From Octopus sinensis (Eukaryota): a stretch of DNA of 36,794 nucleotides. The notes under the pieces were generated by a model, which saw nothing but the letters and a program-made list of their open reading frames with translations, ran no database searches and was not told the origin of the DNA. Made by a program: the position numbers and the translations under genes. Shown piece after piece: positions 10,745-22,703 of the stretch (positions are counted from its first letter, which is position 1; every line of letters begins with the position of its first letter). Location: the NCBI RefSeq assembly GCF_006345805.1, contig NW_021836866.1, positions 1-36,794 on the forward strand, in the 5' to 3' direction.

Positions 10745-10953
10745 AAGAGGAAGTGTTCATCTCTTTAGAAGATGAGGAATTTGGCCACCAGGAAAGCTGT
10801 TGGACCAAATCTTATTTAAGGGATTCTGGTCAACATGCTGATGATTGCCAAAACATCTTTCAAAACAGCTTCAACCATGGTAATGTGCCAGACTGGATGA
10901 TAAAGGTTAGAACAGTTCTGGTGATGAAGGATCCAGAAAAAGGCGCGGAAGTA
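10745..10953 (+). pseudogene. Decayed non-LTR reverse transcriptase N-terminal fragment, R4/Dong-like
   Basis: Frameshifted translation gives LATRKAVGPNLI*GFW (cf. the KAPGPD...GFW motif), then VPDWMIKVRTVLVMKDPEKGAEV (cf. PxWxxxGRTVLIxKD preceding NYRPI). Confidence 0.65.
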
Positions 10954-12649
10954 TATTATTTGCTGTTTTTTTCTGTGAAACCAAAACTGACGCGGATCCT
11001 CTAAATCCAGTCTATTAGTGGCACAGTGAAGATCTGCAAGACATTTCAGAAATTTTCCATGTGAGATTCTTATGTGAATAGATGCACACACTTGGCTGTA
11101 TGTATCGACAGTTCAACCCACACTCCAACTCAACCACATATTTACAAACGCCGGGAACACACTCAAGTCAAAAGAGTCTTGTTGCTTTGTTAGCCACCGA
11201 CTGAAACTCTCTCAAGAATTTAAATTAAACTCAAAGAAAACCGTACGTACAGACATACATCTTCGAAAATCAAAGAGACAAAAGGTAACTACGGAAAACT
11301 GCTTTGAAACCTCTCGATTTTAAACCCAGATTATGAATTTACATTTATACCAACAATAATTTTGTGAATAAAATGCCTGTGATAATGTTAAGAAGCTGGG
11401 ATTTTCAGAATAAAAATCAACCAGCTAATACGCATATTACAACCACAATCTCTAAGTGGAACTGTTAAAACATGCAAGGCTTTTATCAAATTGAGACTGC
11501 GAATTTGTTTTTGGTATCTATATTCCGAAGATGGAGGCCTGTAACTTTGTTAAAAATCTGATCTTTCCCGACAGGAAGACTTCAAATAATTAAAAATACA
11601 CGTTCATACATGTTCCACAAAAAATTCATTGCAAAACACAACGTGGCGACTGATGAGCAGGTAAGAGAGCAGAAAGTGGTCAAGAGCTGTATTGACCAAC
11701 TTACCATCTGTAAAGTGAAACTGATCTACAGATATCTGTTTTGACCTTATAGCTAAAACCATCTACAATTCTACATCCAAGGCAGATTATCCTAATGGTC
11801 ATATCGATGCTACACCGGAAGTAGAACGTATCCATTTCCTTTTAAAAATATCAAATATTAGATGAAGTTGAACGCGAGTTGACCAAAATTTAGGAAGTGG
11901 AAATTCAAAAACAGAAACTCAGGAATATCGCCGGATAATTCTGTACCCTTTTATTAGAAGCAGACTTAATGGGTCTCTCGACTTAATACTAACGCCTGGC
12001 GCTTGCATGCTTTTAGCAGAGTTTGACATATTTTAATGTTACGCGTTATGTCATTGTATAATCTGCTACATTGCTTAGGGCTGAGTATTTTAGTTTTGTT
12101 TGCTGGTAATTTATGTAATATTCCTCGTCTCTTCCATGATAGCAAGTGAATTACTGCTGTTGCCAATGTTACACTTATATAGCATTACAATTCTATCGAT
12201 AAGGATGCCAATAAATACAAAATTCCTAACACAGGTAAACAAAAAAAATTTAACCACAACTGTCTTCATTCTTGTAATTTCTGCATGGAATACTTGTTGG
12301 TTGAAGCATCTAAAGTGTTTTCGTTGGAGAAGCAAATTTATAACAGACATTTCATAAGGAACACCCTGTTGCAAACACTGCATCTATCTATTTTGTTATC
12401 TAGCATCTCTACCTGGCTATGAAAATTATCAGTTTTTCTAGCCATCCAACACTGTGTACTTCTTCATCTCCATATTTTTAACTTGAAATATCAATGTATC
12501 GCTTTCTTTATTATATATATATGCATTTAGTGATTTGCTTGCCTTTAGTTTTTCATTTAATTTTTCTAATAATTTTGCAATGTTTGCATCAGTTAAAAAT
12601 AGAACAAAATAAAATATTCTCTCTCTCGCTCTCTTATATAAACACACAT

Positions 12650-12663
12650 AAATATATAAGAGC

Positions 12664-12697
<34 letters not shown>

Positions 12698-12771
12698 ATA
12701 AATAAAATTATACACGTACGTATATATTAAATACATATATGCGTGATTCCTTGAGTGTGTATATAATATAT

Positions 12772-12802
<31 letters not shown>

Positions 12803-12804
12803 AT

Positions 12805-12841
<37 letters not shown>

Positions 12842-13012
12842 TAAATATATATACACACATATATATAATATATAGATATATAGATATGTGCGTATGTGTT
12901 ATGTACCAGTCTGCGCGTTCGTGTGAGATATTAAATATATATTATATATATATTTTTACATATAATATATAGAATATATATATATATATACGTATACATA
13001 TATACATAATAC

Positions 13013-13073
<61 letters not shown>

Positions 13074-13074
13074 A

Positions 13075-13108
<34 letters not shown>

Positions 13109-13262
13109 GTATGTGTATATATATATATATATATATATACATTCCTACACGTATACATATATCTATATATATATATATTATATATACATACATATATATT
13201 CGTCTATATATTTCTGTATGTGTTTGAGTATCTGTATGTGTTTGAGTATCTGTGTGTGTGTG
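12650..13262. repeat. Mixed (TA)n/(TG)n microsatellite field
   Basis: Seen directly. Confidence 0.9.
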
Positions 13263-13911
13263 TTAGCATCTTATTTTCTGTAATATTGCACATATTAGCG
13301 TTTGTAGTGTCCTCGTTTCATTTTGTTCTTTTCTCAGTGTTATTATTTTGCGGCTGTAGCTCTTATTCATGTTTTTGCCTTCACAAGGCATCTAGAAATA
13401 TTCTGGAAAATTTTATTATTTTCGTTTGTCATTTTTATCTTTAAATTTATTTAGTTGTTTATTTTTCGACTGTTAATTTCATTTTAAAATTTATTTTTTC
13501 ATTTTCTTCTTTTCTTTTTTTTTTTCAAAAGTTGGAATTTATTATTGAAGTTTTCGTTCTTTAGGCGGCAGAAAAAGAGAAAGTTAATATTAACTTGGAA
13601 ATATAAAGTTAATTTATAACGAAAAATATAAGAAAAAGGGGAAGAAAGTTGTTGGAAAAACCACGAGCATAACTTTAATCTGCTTTAGTTATATCATATT
13701 CTGGCGAAGAGGAAAGCTGGTTTTTCTTTTGGAAATTTGCCTACAGGAAATTTACCTCACATCCACTTAATTCTATGGAAAATGGAACCAATAATAACGG
13801 GGCCTTTACGAGCCCGTGTAACATGGGAGAAATAACAGCCAAATTCGTCGCCAATTATACACATTTTTGTTTACTTTTTGTTTTTGAAATAGAAGATTCT
13901 TTGAATTAATT

Positions 13912-14045
13912 TTTATCCTTTATTTGTTTCAGTCACTGAGCGAGACCAAGCTGGGGCCGCCTTGAAGGGTTTTTCGTTGAAGAAATCGACCCCAGGATTC
14001 ATGTTTTATTTATTTTAAAAATCTGGTACTTATTCAATCGTTTCT
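13912..14045 (-). mobile_element. SINE family B, 3' end
   Basis: ttatttgtttcagtcact...gccgccttgaaggg...aaatcgaccccagg...ggtacttattc matches family B. Confidence 0.7.
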
Positions 14046-14464
14046 TATTTCTTTACTACCCACGAGGGGTTAAACACAGAGTGGACAAATAAGGACAGAC
14101 AAACGGATTAAGTAGATTATATCGACCCCATTGTGTAACTGGTACTTATTTAATCAACCCCGAAAGGATGAAAGGCAAAGTCGACCTCGGCGGAATTTGA
14201 ACTCAGAACGTAGCGACAGACGAAATACCTATTTCTATTTCTTTACTGCCCACAATGGGCTAAACATAGAAGGGACAAACAAGGACAAACGGATTAAGTC
14301 GATTATATCGACTCCAATGTGTAACTGGTACTTATTTAATCGACCCCGAAAGGATGAAAGGCAAAGTCGACTTCAGCGGAATTTGAACTCAGAACGTAAC
14401 GGCAGACGAAATACCGCTAAGCATTTCTCCCGGCGTGCTAACGCTTCTGCCAGCTCGCCGCCTT
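14046..14464 (-). mobile_element. SINE family A, multimeric (two modules, ending in the linker rather than the monomer tail)
   Basis: Intact head on the - strand at 14464, two B-boxes and two copies of the linker. Confidence 0.9.
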
Positions 14465-14674
14465 ATATTCTATCGTTTCTTTTTAGCCGAATCGCTACGT
14501 TATGGAGAGGGTTGTGAAATGGTGAGGTGGGGGACAAACAAATACAGAGACAAACAAGCACACAAACACTGACAGTTTAAAGTTTAAGGTACGGCTTTAG
14601 AATCTGCTCGAGTTATCTCTCTTCTGTATCTCACACTGATGATGGCCAAAGACACAGTAATGTGTCTGGGAGTC

Positions 14675-14712
14675 TGCGGAGATACTGAGAAGATGCGGAG
14701 GTACTGAGAAGA
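14675..14712. repeat. 19-bp tandem duplication
   Basis: tgcggagatactgagaaga / tgcggaggtactgagaaga. Confidence 0.85.
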
Positions 14713-14934
14713 TGTGTTTTCACACCTTTTACTTTAAGCGAGATTTTCTCTCCATGGTAATCGTAGAGAATTTCTCTTCAGACGTTGTAATATATAACAC
14801 ACGTATTTTAACTGACTAAAGTTCGTTTAGACACACGGAGGTACGCACGCACGCAGGCACACCCATGCACACACACACACCACACACACACATACACACA
14901 CACACACACTCACACACACACACACACACACATT

Positions 14935-15025
14935 TACCCGAACAAATCGACCGCAGGACATATTCTTTGTAAGCCTAGTACTTATTCTATCAGTTTCTTT
15001 TGCCGAACCGCAAAATATCCCCAGC
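14935..15025 (-). mobile_element. SINE family B fragment
   Basis: aaatcgacc...tattctttgtaagcctagtacttattctatc...ttttgccgaaccgc. Confidence 0.75.
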
Positions 15026-15159
15026 GTCCCCACCTCTATTTTTATGTATAAATAAATATTTTATAATTTACTAATTTATATATACTATGAATCATTTGAT
15101 ATCTAATACAATATTACATAATTTGTATGCAATACTGTAATAATATCATAATAAATTCA

Positions 15160-15315
15160 TAACGTCCCCCAATCTACTACCTTCCTCTCAACGCCTTCTT
15201 TTTCTCTACTGCCCCCCCACTGCCTCCTTAGGCACCAGCACCCATCTGGAACGTCTTGACGCCCACCGGGGGGGCGGTACGCCCACCGGGGGGCGGTAGC
15301 GCCCACTTTGAGAAC
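15160..15315 (-). mobile_element. Probable hAT-like DNA transposon end with subterminal repeats
   Basis: - strand gttctcaaagtgggcgctaccgccccccggtgggcg resembles hAT termini of the CAGTGGTTCTCAAA type; cgcccaccgg(g)nggcggta occurs twice in tandem. Confidence 0.45.
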
Positions 15316-15585
15316 TTATAGATTACACCACAAAAAAAAAAGAAGAAATATGGAAGCTTAAAATAACATATTGACAATTTATTTTATCTTTTATTCATTT
15401 TCAAATCCCTACAGTAGTGTAACCTGTTGATGGGAGAGCAGATAGAGGCATACCAGGGTAAGGCGCCGGGTAGATCTTTGTATTACTTTAGGTTTCATAA
15501 TGTGAAGAACACAACTGACTGACTCGGTATAAGGAAGAATAGAAGCATCGGAGGCATTGACAGCAACACCATTACAAATGGTAGG

Positions 15586-16030
15586 ACCACCGCCACCACC
15601 CTCAACAACACCACCATCACCATCACCACCACCCACGAGCACAACCACCACCACCATCACCACCACCCACGAGCACAACCACCATTACCATCACCACCGC
15701 CACCATCACCACCACCACTATCACCACCACCACCATCACCACCACTATCAACACCACCGCCACTACCACCACGATCACAACCACCACTAGGGCCACTACC
15801 AAGATCACAATCGCCGGCACCACCCCATCACCACCACCACCACCACCACCACCACCCCACCACCACCACCAATAACAACAACACTATTATCACCATACGC
15901 CGTTACATCCACCGGAAGAAATCCACACCTCCACCACAACCTTCCCCACATACCGTTACGTCCAGCACGAACCACACCTCCACCACGAAATCTCACACCA
16001 CCACCACCACCACCACCACCACCACACCAG
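15586..16030. repeat. Degenerate (CAC)n array
   Basis: Seen directly. Confidence 0.9.
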
Positions 16031-16565
16031 CAAACACCCTCACGACTAATATCTGAGTAAAAGACAGGAAGTCGTTACTGCAGAATCTTTTGATCGTGTG
16101 TCTTCTCGGACAGAGACGAGCAGGGGCGAAGAATCAACAACAACATCACGAATCCAATAATATCGATCTCAATGCTTCACTGCTACTTAATTTATTGATC
16201 CTCAGCAAAAGAACACAACAACGATGAAAGGCAAAGCCCTACCCCATCTCAGCAGGATATGAAATTCCGAAGGTACAACAAATATGACAAAACGTCATTA
16301 GTAAGTTTCTTATTTTGTCCCTGCCATTTATTAATTCTGCTACAGAAGCTATCGCTGTCCTCTGTGTTACAACGGCCATGATAATTACAATAAACAACAA
16401 CAGTAACAACAACAAAACCAGCAACTACTGCTGCCCCTGTTGCTAATCCTTCACCTTCTGTCCTCCTCCTACCAATACTGCTTCTACCATAATTCTACTC
16501 GGTGGTAAGATATGCTACCAATAGCAAAAATCTCAAATTACTCGGCAATAAGAAGGCTGGACATG

Positions 16566-16772
16566 TTCTTTTCTACTTTAGGCACAAGGCCCGAAATGTT
16601 TGGGGGAGGGTGCCAGTCGATTAGATCGACTCCAGTACGAAACTAGTATTTAATTTATCGACCCCGAAGGAATGAAAGGCAAAGTCGAATTTGAACCCAG
16701 AACGTAAAGACAGACGAAATACTGCTAAGCATTTCGCCCGGCGTGCTAACGTTTCTGCCTGCTCGCCACCTT
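16566..16772 (-). mobile_element. SINE family A monomer, well preserved
   Basis: Head aaggtggcgagcaggcagaaacgttagcacgccgggcg on the - strand, through to gtgcctaaagtagaaaagaac. Confidence 0.9.
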
Positions 16773-16889
16773 AAAGAAGAGTGGCCATATTGGACAATGT
16801 GTGTGTGTTGTGTGTGTGTGTGTGTGTGTGTGTGTATTTAAAGTATAAATATATATTTACTCATTCCACAATTAAGGATAAAGTTTCAG

Positions 16890-17360
16890 AAGGCGGCAAA
16901 ATAGTAGAAGTGCGAGAGCGTCGAACAAAATGATAACCAGCATTATTTTAACATTTTCTTTCTGAGTTCGAAATCCGTCGATGTCAACTTTTCCTTTAAG
17001 CCTTTTGGAGTTGACAAAACACACAGACACCCAGACAGACACACACACCAAGTGAGAACTGGGGTCAATGTAATCGACTTAACCACTTCGCTGAAATTAC
17101 TGGCCTCTTTACTATTGTTGAAAGGATTATTATTAGCGTTATTGGATAAGGTGGAAAGCTGAAAAAAATCCTTAACGCGTCGGACAAAATGCCTGGTTGC
17201 ATTTCTTCTGGCTCTTTACGCTTTGAGTTCAGATTCCATCTAGGTCATCTGTGTATTTCATCCTTCCGGGATTGATAAACTAAGTACCATTTCGAGGCCA
17301 TCAATTTAGCCCCCCCCTCCCACCTCTCATACTTTCTGGCCTTGTGTCAAAATTAGAAAG
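16890..17360 (+). mobile_element. Two tandem, strongly diverged SINE family A copies
   Basis: Heads at ~16890 and ~17148; B-box-like gagttcgaaatcc and gagttcagattcc; each has a ggcctt-type 3' part. Confidence 0.65.
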
Positions 17361-17686
17361 AGCGTTGGCGATAATCTCGAAAGTTTTACTGGCAGTTGTA
17401 TGGAAAATAGTGAGAAAATAAATGGAGAGAAATATTCGAAATTAAAAATGAAGGCGATAATGGCTGATAAATGAATTTAGCGATCGTGACGTCACTACAT
17501 GGGAGGGAAAGCAGAAAGGTCACGGCCATAGCCCGTGTTCTGGTGAATAATTAGTAATTAGGAAAAATAAATGGCATAATTAAACGCAGATAAATGAAGA
17601 GAGGCTGGACGCTGCCAGGAGGTGTATATATTTCCTTTTTAGTATCAGGGTGAATTTTATGTATACTTTCATTAGCTTTTAAACGG

Positions 17687-17787
<101 letters not shown>

Positions 17788-18589
17788 ACTATCTGTCAGT
17801 CTGTCTGTCTGTCTCTATCTTTATCTCTATCTCTCTCACGCTTCCTATTTATCAGACAAAAATTATAAATATAAGTATACACGCACAAACACACACATTT
17901 AAATTCTCATACAGAGACACACATACGTATATGAGCCGTAAGAATGATACCAGATAGGTTTTGACTGCTATTTCTCGCAGGCCGAGAGACTAGCTACAAG
18001 TTTCCTCGTTGACTTGTGCCACAACTTATTCAGTTATTGCTTTCGTTTAGCCCTGGGTCAAACCATCATCTCCGAGCACTTCATTACATAATTAATCTTT
18101 ATTTGATTTATACAGTAGGCAGTGACATAATGGAGATTCGGCTGCTATTTCTAACAAACGTTGGACCACATCCAGACTCCCTCACTAAGTCATCAATATT
18201 GTTTGACCAGGCTATTAATACTGAGTTAAAGCATTCTGTGCGGTGGCCTTTGATTAACGTGCCATTGTTGTCCTTAGGGATTAGTATTGTGATCACGTGG
18301 TAAGAAGATTTGCAACGATAGGGGATTATGATCCAATCAATCTTACTTTGCTTAGATTGCACGTTGTAGAGGACACACGTGATCTCGTGGTGTGTTGTAA
18401 CGTATAATGCAAGGTTTTATCGTCGTTGGAGAAAGGAACCGATGTCCTTAATCATTCGCCGCGAAGCAATGGCGGTTTTGTTTCTGCTTATGTTGGTTCG
18501 TGCTGATATCAGGGTGAAAGATGTACGTAAATGAACGCACACATACAACACAACACAAGCACGCACACGTTGTTTGTGTGTGTATGCGA

Positions 18590-18753
18590 ATGATTTTGTG
18601 TGAGAGTGATTATGTATGTCTGTATGTATGTATACACACACATACATATATATGTTTGTGTGTATATATATATATATACATATATATATCATATATATTG
18701 TATATATATAATTATATATATACACATATATATGTATGTATATATATATGTAT

Positions 18754-18793
<40 letters not shown>

Positions 18794-19075
18794 GTGCATA
18801 TATATATACATATATATTATATATATATTGTACATATATATATATAATATATATATGTATATATGTATATGCACACATATATATGTATGTGTATGTATGT
18901 GTATTTGTATACGCACACATACATATGTGTGCATATATATTATATATATATATGTACATATATGGATATACATATATACATATATTTATATATGTATGTA
19001 TGTGTATATATACACACACACACACACCTATATATGTATACATGCACACACGCGCACGGGAATATACGTACATAC
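18590..19075. repeat. Mixed (TA)/(CA)/(TATG) microsatellite field
   Basis: Seen directly. Confidence 0.9.
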
Positions 19076-19439
19076 ATTTACCATAATTGCCGGACCATGT
19101 TTATATACATCCAAACACGTCACTCTTTGGCATTCTCCATTAACCTGATGCACCACACTTTTAAATACGTAGTTAGAGTCGTCAAGCCAAGGAAGGAGCC
19201 GTCAAGGGTTAATTCAACCTGCGCGAAATAGCTGTCAAGGCAAAAGCATATCGTACCCTGCAGCCTCAAAAATGGATGAGCGCATTATTCAAATTCATAC
19301 TCCTGGCCCAGTCTCTTTTATTATTTAGATTAAACTTCCTTTGTGGTTCAATCCTTTCACTTCCATCAGCTTCCCAATTCATTCTGAATCCAATTTCATT
19401 CTCATTGTTTGTGACGAATCGAGATTTTGATAGATGTGT

Positions 19440-19515
19440 TCCGTGCGGCAGAATCGAACCTACGATCCGATTCTTGATAAGTGAGCTTCTTAGCTATTCA
19501 GCCATGCCTGCCTCC
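19440..19515 (-). mobile_element. Decayed tRNA-like SINE head (family B-like)
   Basis: - strand ggcaggcatggctgaatagctaagaagc...aggttcgattctgccgcacgg carries A- and B-box-like motifs. Confidence 0.5.
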
Positions 19516-19630
19516 ATACATACATACATACATACACACATACATACATACATACATATATACATACATACACACATACATACATACATACATACATACA
19601 TACATACATACATACATACATACATACATA
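19515..19630. repeat. (CATA)n microsatellite
   Basis: Seen directly. Confidence 0.95.
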
Positions 19631-19849
19631 CTCTTTTGCTCTTTTTTTACTCTTTTACTTGTTTCAGTCATTTGACTAGGGCCATGCTGGAGCACCGCCT
19701 TTAGTCGAGCAAATCGACCCCATGACTTATTCTTTGTAAGCCTAGTACTTATTCTATCGGTCTCTTTTGCCGAACTGCTAAGTTACGGGAACGTAAACTC
19801 ACCAGCATCGTTTGTCAAGCGATGTTGAGTGACAAACACAGGTACGCAA

Positions 19850-19892
<43 letters not shown>

Positions 19893-20072
19893 ACACATAT
19901 ACATTTATACGACGGGATTCTTTCAGTTTCCGTCTACTAAATCCACTCACAAGTCTTTGGTCGGCCCGAGGCTATAGTAGAAGACACTTGCCCAAGGTGC
20001 CACGCAGGGAGATTGAACCCGGAACTATGTGGTTCGTAAGCAAGCTACTTACCACACAGCCACTCCTACGCC
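19631..20072 (-). mobile_element. SINE family B, full length, with internal (CA)n
   Basis: - strand head ggcgtaggagtggctgtgtggtaagtagc...gggttcaatc (A- and B-box); 3' end aaacaagtaaaagagtaaaa. Confidence 0.9.
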
Positions 20073-20090
20073 TCATACATGCATACATAC

Positions 20091-20121
<31 letters not shown>

Positions 20122-20488
20122 CATACATACATACATACATACATGCATACATACATACATACATACATGCATACATACACATACATACATACAGACAGAC
20201 AGACAAAACAGTCGTACATTCCCATTATTCCCCATGTTCATATTCTAAGAAACAAGCAAACAAAGCGATTCCTTCGTTAGGCTTAATCAGTCGTCATGTC
20301 TAATACCATCACCAGATTCCTTGAGTCCCTTTAGCAGAGTAGCAACCTATTTCTAGGCAGGTTTCCAATCTGCCTGCAACTCAGAAACCCAAGTATCTGG
20401 GTTTCTTTCTTTCCTTTCTCACCACCAGTATTCGAGGCCATAAAGTCATAGATTTTGCATATTTGGCTTTTTAAATATTTTTGGAGCC

Positions 20489-20890
20489 AAGGCGGTGAGC
20501 TGGCAGGATGGTTAGCACGCCGGGCGAAATGCTTAGCGGTGTTTCGCCTGCTGCTACGTTCTGAGTTCAAATTCCGCCGAGGTCGACTTTGTCTTTCGTC
20601 CTTTCGGGGTAGTTAAATTAAGTACTATTTACGCACTGGGGTCGATATAATCGACTTAATCTGTTTGTCTGTTCTTGTTTGTCCCCTCTGTGTTTAGCCC
20701 CTTGTGGGTAGTAAAGAAATAGGTATTTCGTCTGCCCCTACTTTCTGAGTTCAAATTCCGCCGAGGTCGACTTTGCCTTTCATCCTTTCAGGGTCGATAA
20801 ACTAAGTACCAGTTGCGTACTGGGGTCAATCTAATCGACTGTCTCCCTCTCCCAAGTTTCGGGGCTTGTGCCTAGTGTAGAAAAGAATAT
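20489..20890 (+). mobile_element. SINE family A, dimeric (184-bp module), full length
   Basis: Module starts at 20539 and 20723; head and monomer tail are intact. Confidence 0.92.
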
Positions 20891-20999
20891 TTTTTTGAGC
20901 CCTAGCACTCACAAGACCGAAATCACACCATCATACACAAACCGCTGACTATTTGGTTATGTCGTTGGTTATTTTCGTTGCAGTGTAGGGTTTATAGCC

Positions 21000-21181
21000 A
21001 GCAATTTTGTAAGGGAGCGGGTAAGTCAATTATATCGCCCCCACCCACCAGTACTTGACTATTCATGTTATTGATCCCCGAAGGGATGAAATCATATTCG
21101 AACTCGATGGTATTTGAGCTCAGCTCGTAAAGAGCCGGAAGAAATGTTGGAGCACTAACGATTCTGTCAGATCGGTGCCTT
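21000..21181 (-). mobile_element. Diverged SINE family A
   Basis: gcactaacgattctgtcagatcggtgcctt head and ccccgaagggatgaaa body. Confidence 0.6.
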
Positions 21182-21919
21182 CTTTGTTTGATTAAACCAT
21201 TAAGGTTATTATTAACTTATGTGCAACACTAATATGTGAACCAGGAAGATGATGCGATTGGTCTTCGATGTCTTCTAATGGATTAGCTATATCCTCTTTA
21301 CCAGAAGCTCTGAGACTGAGAGGAAGAAGGGGGCAGTGCGAATACTCACAATAAATGCCTGACTCGGAGTTTTGCAGCGGGGAGGGACTCGGCTAAGGAC
21401 AATCAAAGGTCAGGCGCTAGTGTTAAAGGTGGCGATGGATTAAGTTTACTACACAAAAACAAAGCGGTTTCTCCTCTGAACTTTCCCGATCTGAAGATAT
21501 GGTGGATTTCCTGTATTACAACGCGCAGAAGCCCTTCTACTTTTGCGTCTGTGGCCGTCTTCAGGTTACTTGTTGCGAAACTAACGCAATCTTTCTTGCA
21601 CTTCCAGTAAAAGTTTGAGAACTCGTAAGCTTTGTTCCCCTGCTTTCAAATTTGCTCAATCAAGTGGTGTCCTCTAATTCTGCTTGCTTATCTTCTAAGG
21701 AGAGACCGTACTTCTCCTTTGGTAGAAGCTACTTCAGGCAAGGAAGCCTAGCTATTGTTTATGTTGTTGTCGGTGGTAGTGGTGCTATTGTTTTCGGTTC
21801 TGCTGGTGTTATTGCTTTCGCCGGTGTTGTCGTAGTTGGTTTTGCTGTTTCTTCTTCTAGTCTTCTTCTTCTTCTTCTTCTTCTTCTTCCTCCTCCTCCT
21901 CCTCCTCCTCCTCCTCTGC

Positions 21920-22121
21920 TTTGTGGTAGAAGTAGGAAGACAGAGTGAGAGAAAGTTGTGGTGAAAGAGTACAGCGGGGTTCACCACCCACCCCCGCCGG
22001 AGGTTCGTGGAGCTTAGGTGTTTTTTGTTCAATAAAAACTCACAATGCCCGGTCTGGGAATCGAAACTGCGTTCTTACGACCGCGAGTCTGCTGCTCTAA
22101 CCACTGGGCCATTGCGCCTCC
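21920..22121 (-). mobile_element. tRNA-derived SINE (E-related head), 3'-truncated
   Basis: - strand ggaggcgcaatggcccagtggttagagcagcagactcgcggtcgtaagaacgcagtttcgattccc (A-box, B-box) continues into a non-tRNA body. Confidence 0.75.
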
Positions 22122-22549
22122 ACTTGCTGTTGTTCCAGTTCCTTCAGCCGATGCTTCTTATGTTTGTTACCTCTGTTGCTGTTGATAGTCCTGCTTCTTC
22201 TAATACTGATTGTTTTTATAACGGCGGACTCTTCTCTCTCGCTGGTAATTCTACTCGTTTCTTTGTTTGGCATGTGACTCTTCCTACTGCTTCTCATGTT
22301 GTTCTTGTTGTCGATGCCCTTTTTGTTTAAAAAAAAATGATTGTTGCTTTAATGTTTCTTGTTGTTGTTGTTGTTGGTGTTTCTGCTGGTACTGGTGATG
22401 GTAGTGGAAGTGGCGGTACTTTATTTCAGCATGTGGAAGGTAGCAGAAACACAGCTGTTCCAATCTCTAATTTTACTCCCCCGACATTTTGCCGACTACT
22501 TCAACGACAAGCTTCTTAAAATCGTTTATTGAAATACGCAAATTTCATG

Positions 22550-22678
22550 GACATACTTCAAAAATCGACCCCGGAAAGACAATGTCGACATCGGCAGCCT
22601 TTGAACTCAGAACGTAAAGACGGAAGAAATACTGCTTAACATTTTGTCTGATGTAGTAATGATTCTACCAGCTCACCT
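22550..22678 (-). mobile_element. Diverged SINE family A, 5' half
   Basis: aatcgaccccggaaag...tttgaactcagaacgtaaagacggaagaaatac...gattctaccagctcacc. Confidence 0.7.
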
Positions 22679-22703
22679 GCTCTCTCACTCAATGATAATT
22701 AAA

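Noticed and set aside
11645-11680. Hammerhead ribozyme (CTGATGAG...GAAA); also ctgacga within element C
   Set aside because: Stem II would have at most 2 bp with a misplaced GAAA, and no stems I/III are evident. In element C no GAAA follows at a suitable distance.
15417-15460. Exon candidate after a strong polypyrimidine tract
   Set aside because: All frames close from the first AG; the alternative NAGNAG acceptor gives a short unrecognised peptide only.
20355-20406. Two adjacent hairpins (6-bp and 9-bp stems) followed by a T-rich run, terminator-like
   Set aside because: Eukaryotic context, no upstream gene and no Helitron-type CTRR end; short stems are expected by chance.
22040-22121. tRNA gene
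   Set aside because: Has A- and B-boxes but no 3' acceptor stem and continues into a repeat body, so it is a SINE head. The same applies to 6500-6560, 20010-20072 and 29150-29201.
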